From contig JANYHE010000066.1 in the NCBI GenBank assembly GCA_025359215.1, positions 8,539-72,538 on the forward strand: a stretch of 64,000 nt of DNA, written 5' to 3'. The notes under the pieces are model-generated. The model searched no databases. It was not told the origin of the DNA and was given only the letters and a program-made list of their open reading frames with translations. The DNA comes from Hyphomicrobiales bacterium. GTDB taxonomy: Bacteria; Pseudomonadota; Alphaproteobacteria; Rhizobiales; Aestuariivirgaceae. How positions within the stretch are numbered: the first letter of the stretch is position 1; each line of letters opens with the position of its first letter. A program made the translations under genes and the position numbers. Below are positions 63,940-64,000 of the stretch, piece by piece.

Positions 63940-64000
63940 GGGATCATTCTATACCATAAGCAGGCAAAAGTTGGACAGGCTATTGCCAAGGGGCAGTTGC

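Noticed and set aside
1-64000. CRISPR array, tRNA/rRNA, integrase/transposase, prophage genes
   Set aside because: No regularly spaced direct repeats, tRNA cloverleafs or mobile-element ORFs were recognised.

Overview
Core-chromosome window of an alphaproteobacterium (Hyphomicrobiales/Rhizobiales-like gene orders, ~50% GC). It has no phage, IS, CRISPR, tRNA or rRNA that I can support. Left to right: (1) a tightly packed pdo(tail)-DUF442/sqr-sulP-cydAB-small membrane protein operon; (2) a Rhizobium-type L-rhamnose cluster (rhaI, rhaD, rhaRSTPQUK); (3) a minus-strand housekeeping run (HAD, gshB, yraN, rsmI, hemW, rdgB, rph, GNAT, gpmA, dapB, tandem DUF1508, grpE, hrcA, ada-like, DUF2244), then nth, a CysZ/EI24-like gene and a PfkB kinase; (4) two tandem 51-aa Flp pilins missed by the ORF track; (5) rpmI-rplT-pheS-[REP-like doublet + orphan gene]-pheT-pgi-lepA-tsaB/rimI fusion-acyltransferase-miaB-phoH-ybeY-corC; (6) rpsT-dnaA followed by a 903-aa SerC-like aminotransferase / D-2-hydroxyacid dehydrogenase fusion, the most unusual gene here; (7) mbfA with a near-perfect Irr box, fucU-frcR/frcBCAK sugar uptake, hugZ-like, chvI-chvG-hprK-EIIA-HPr, mmcB and a TIGR02302 gene. 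All family assignments come from motif recognition by eye. No database searches were run.
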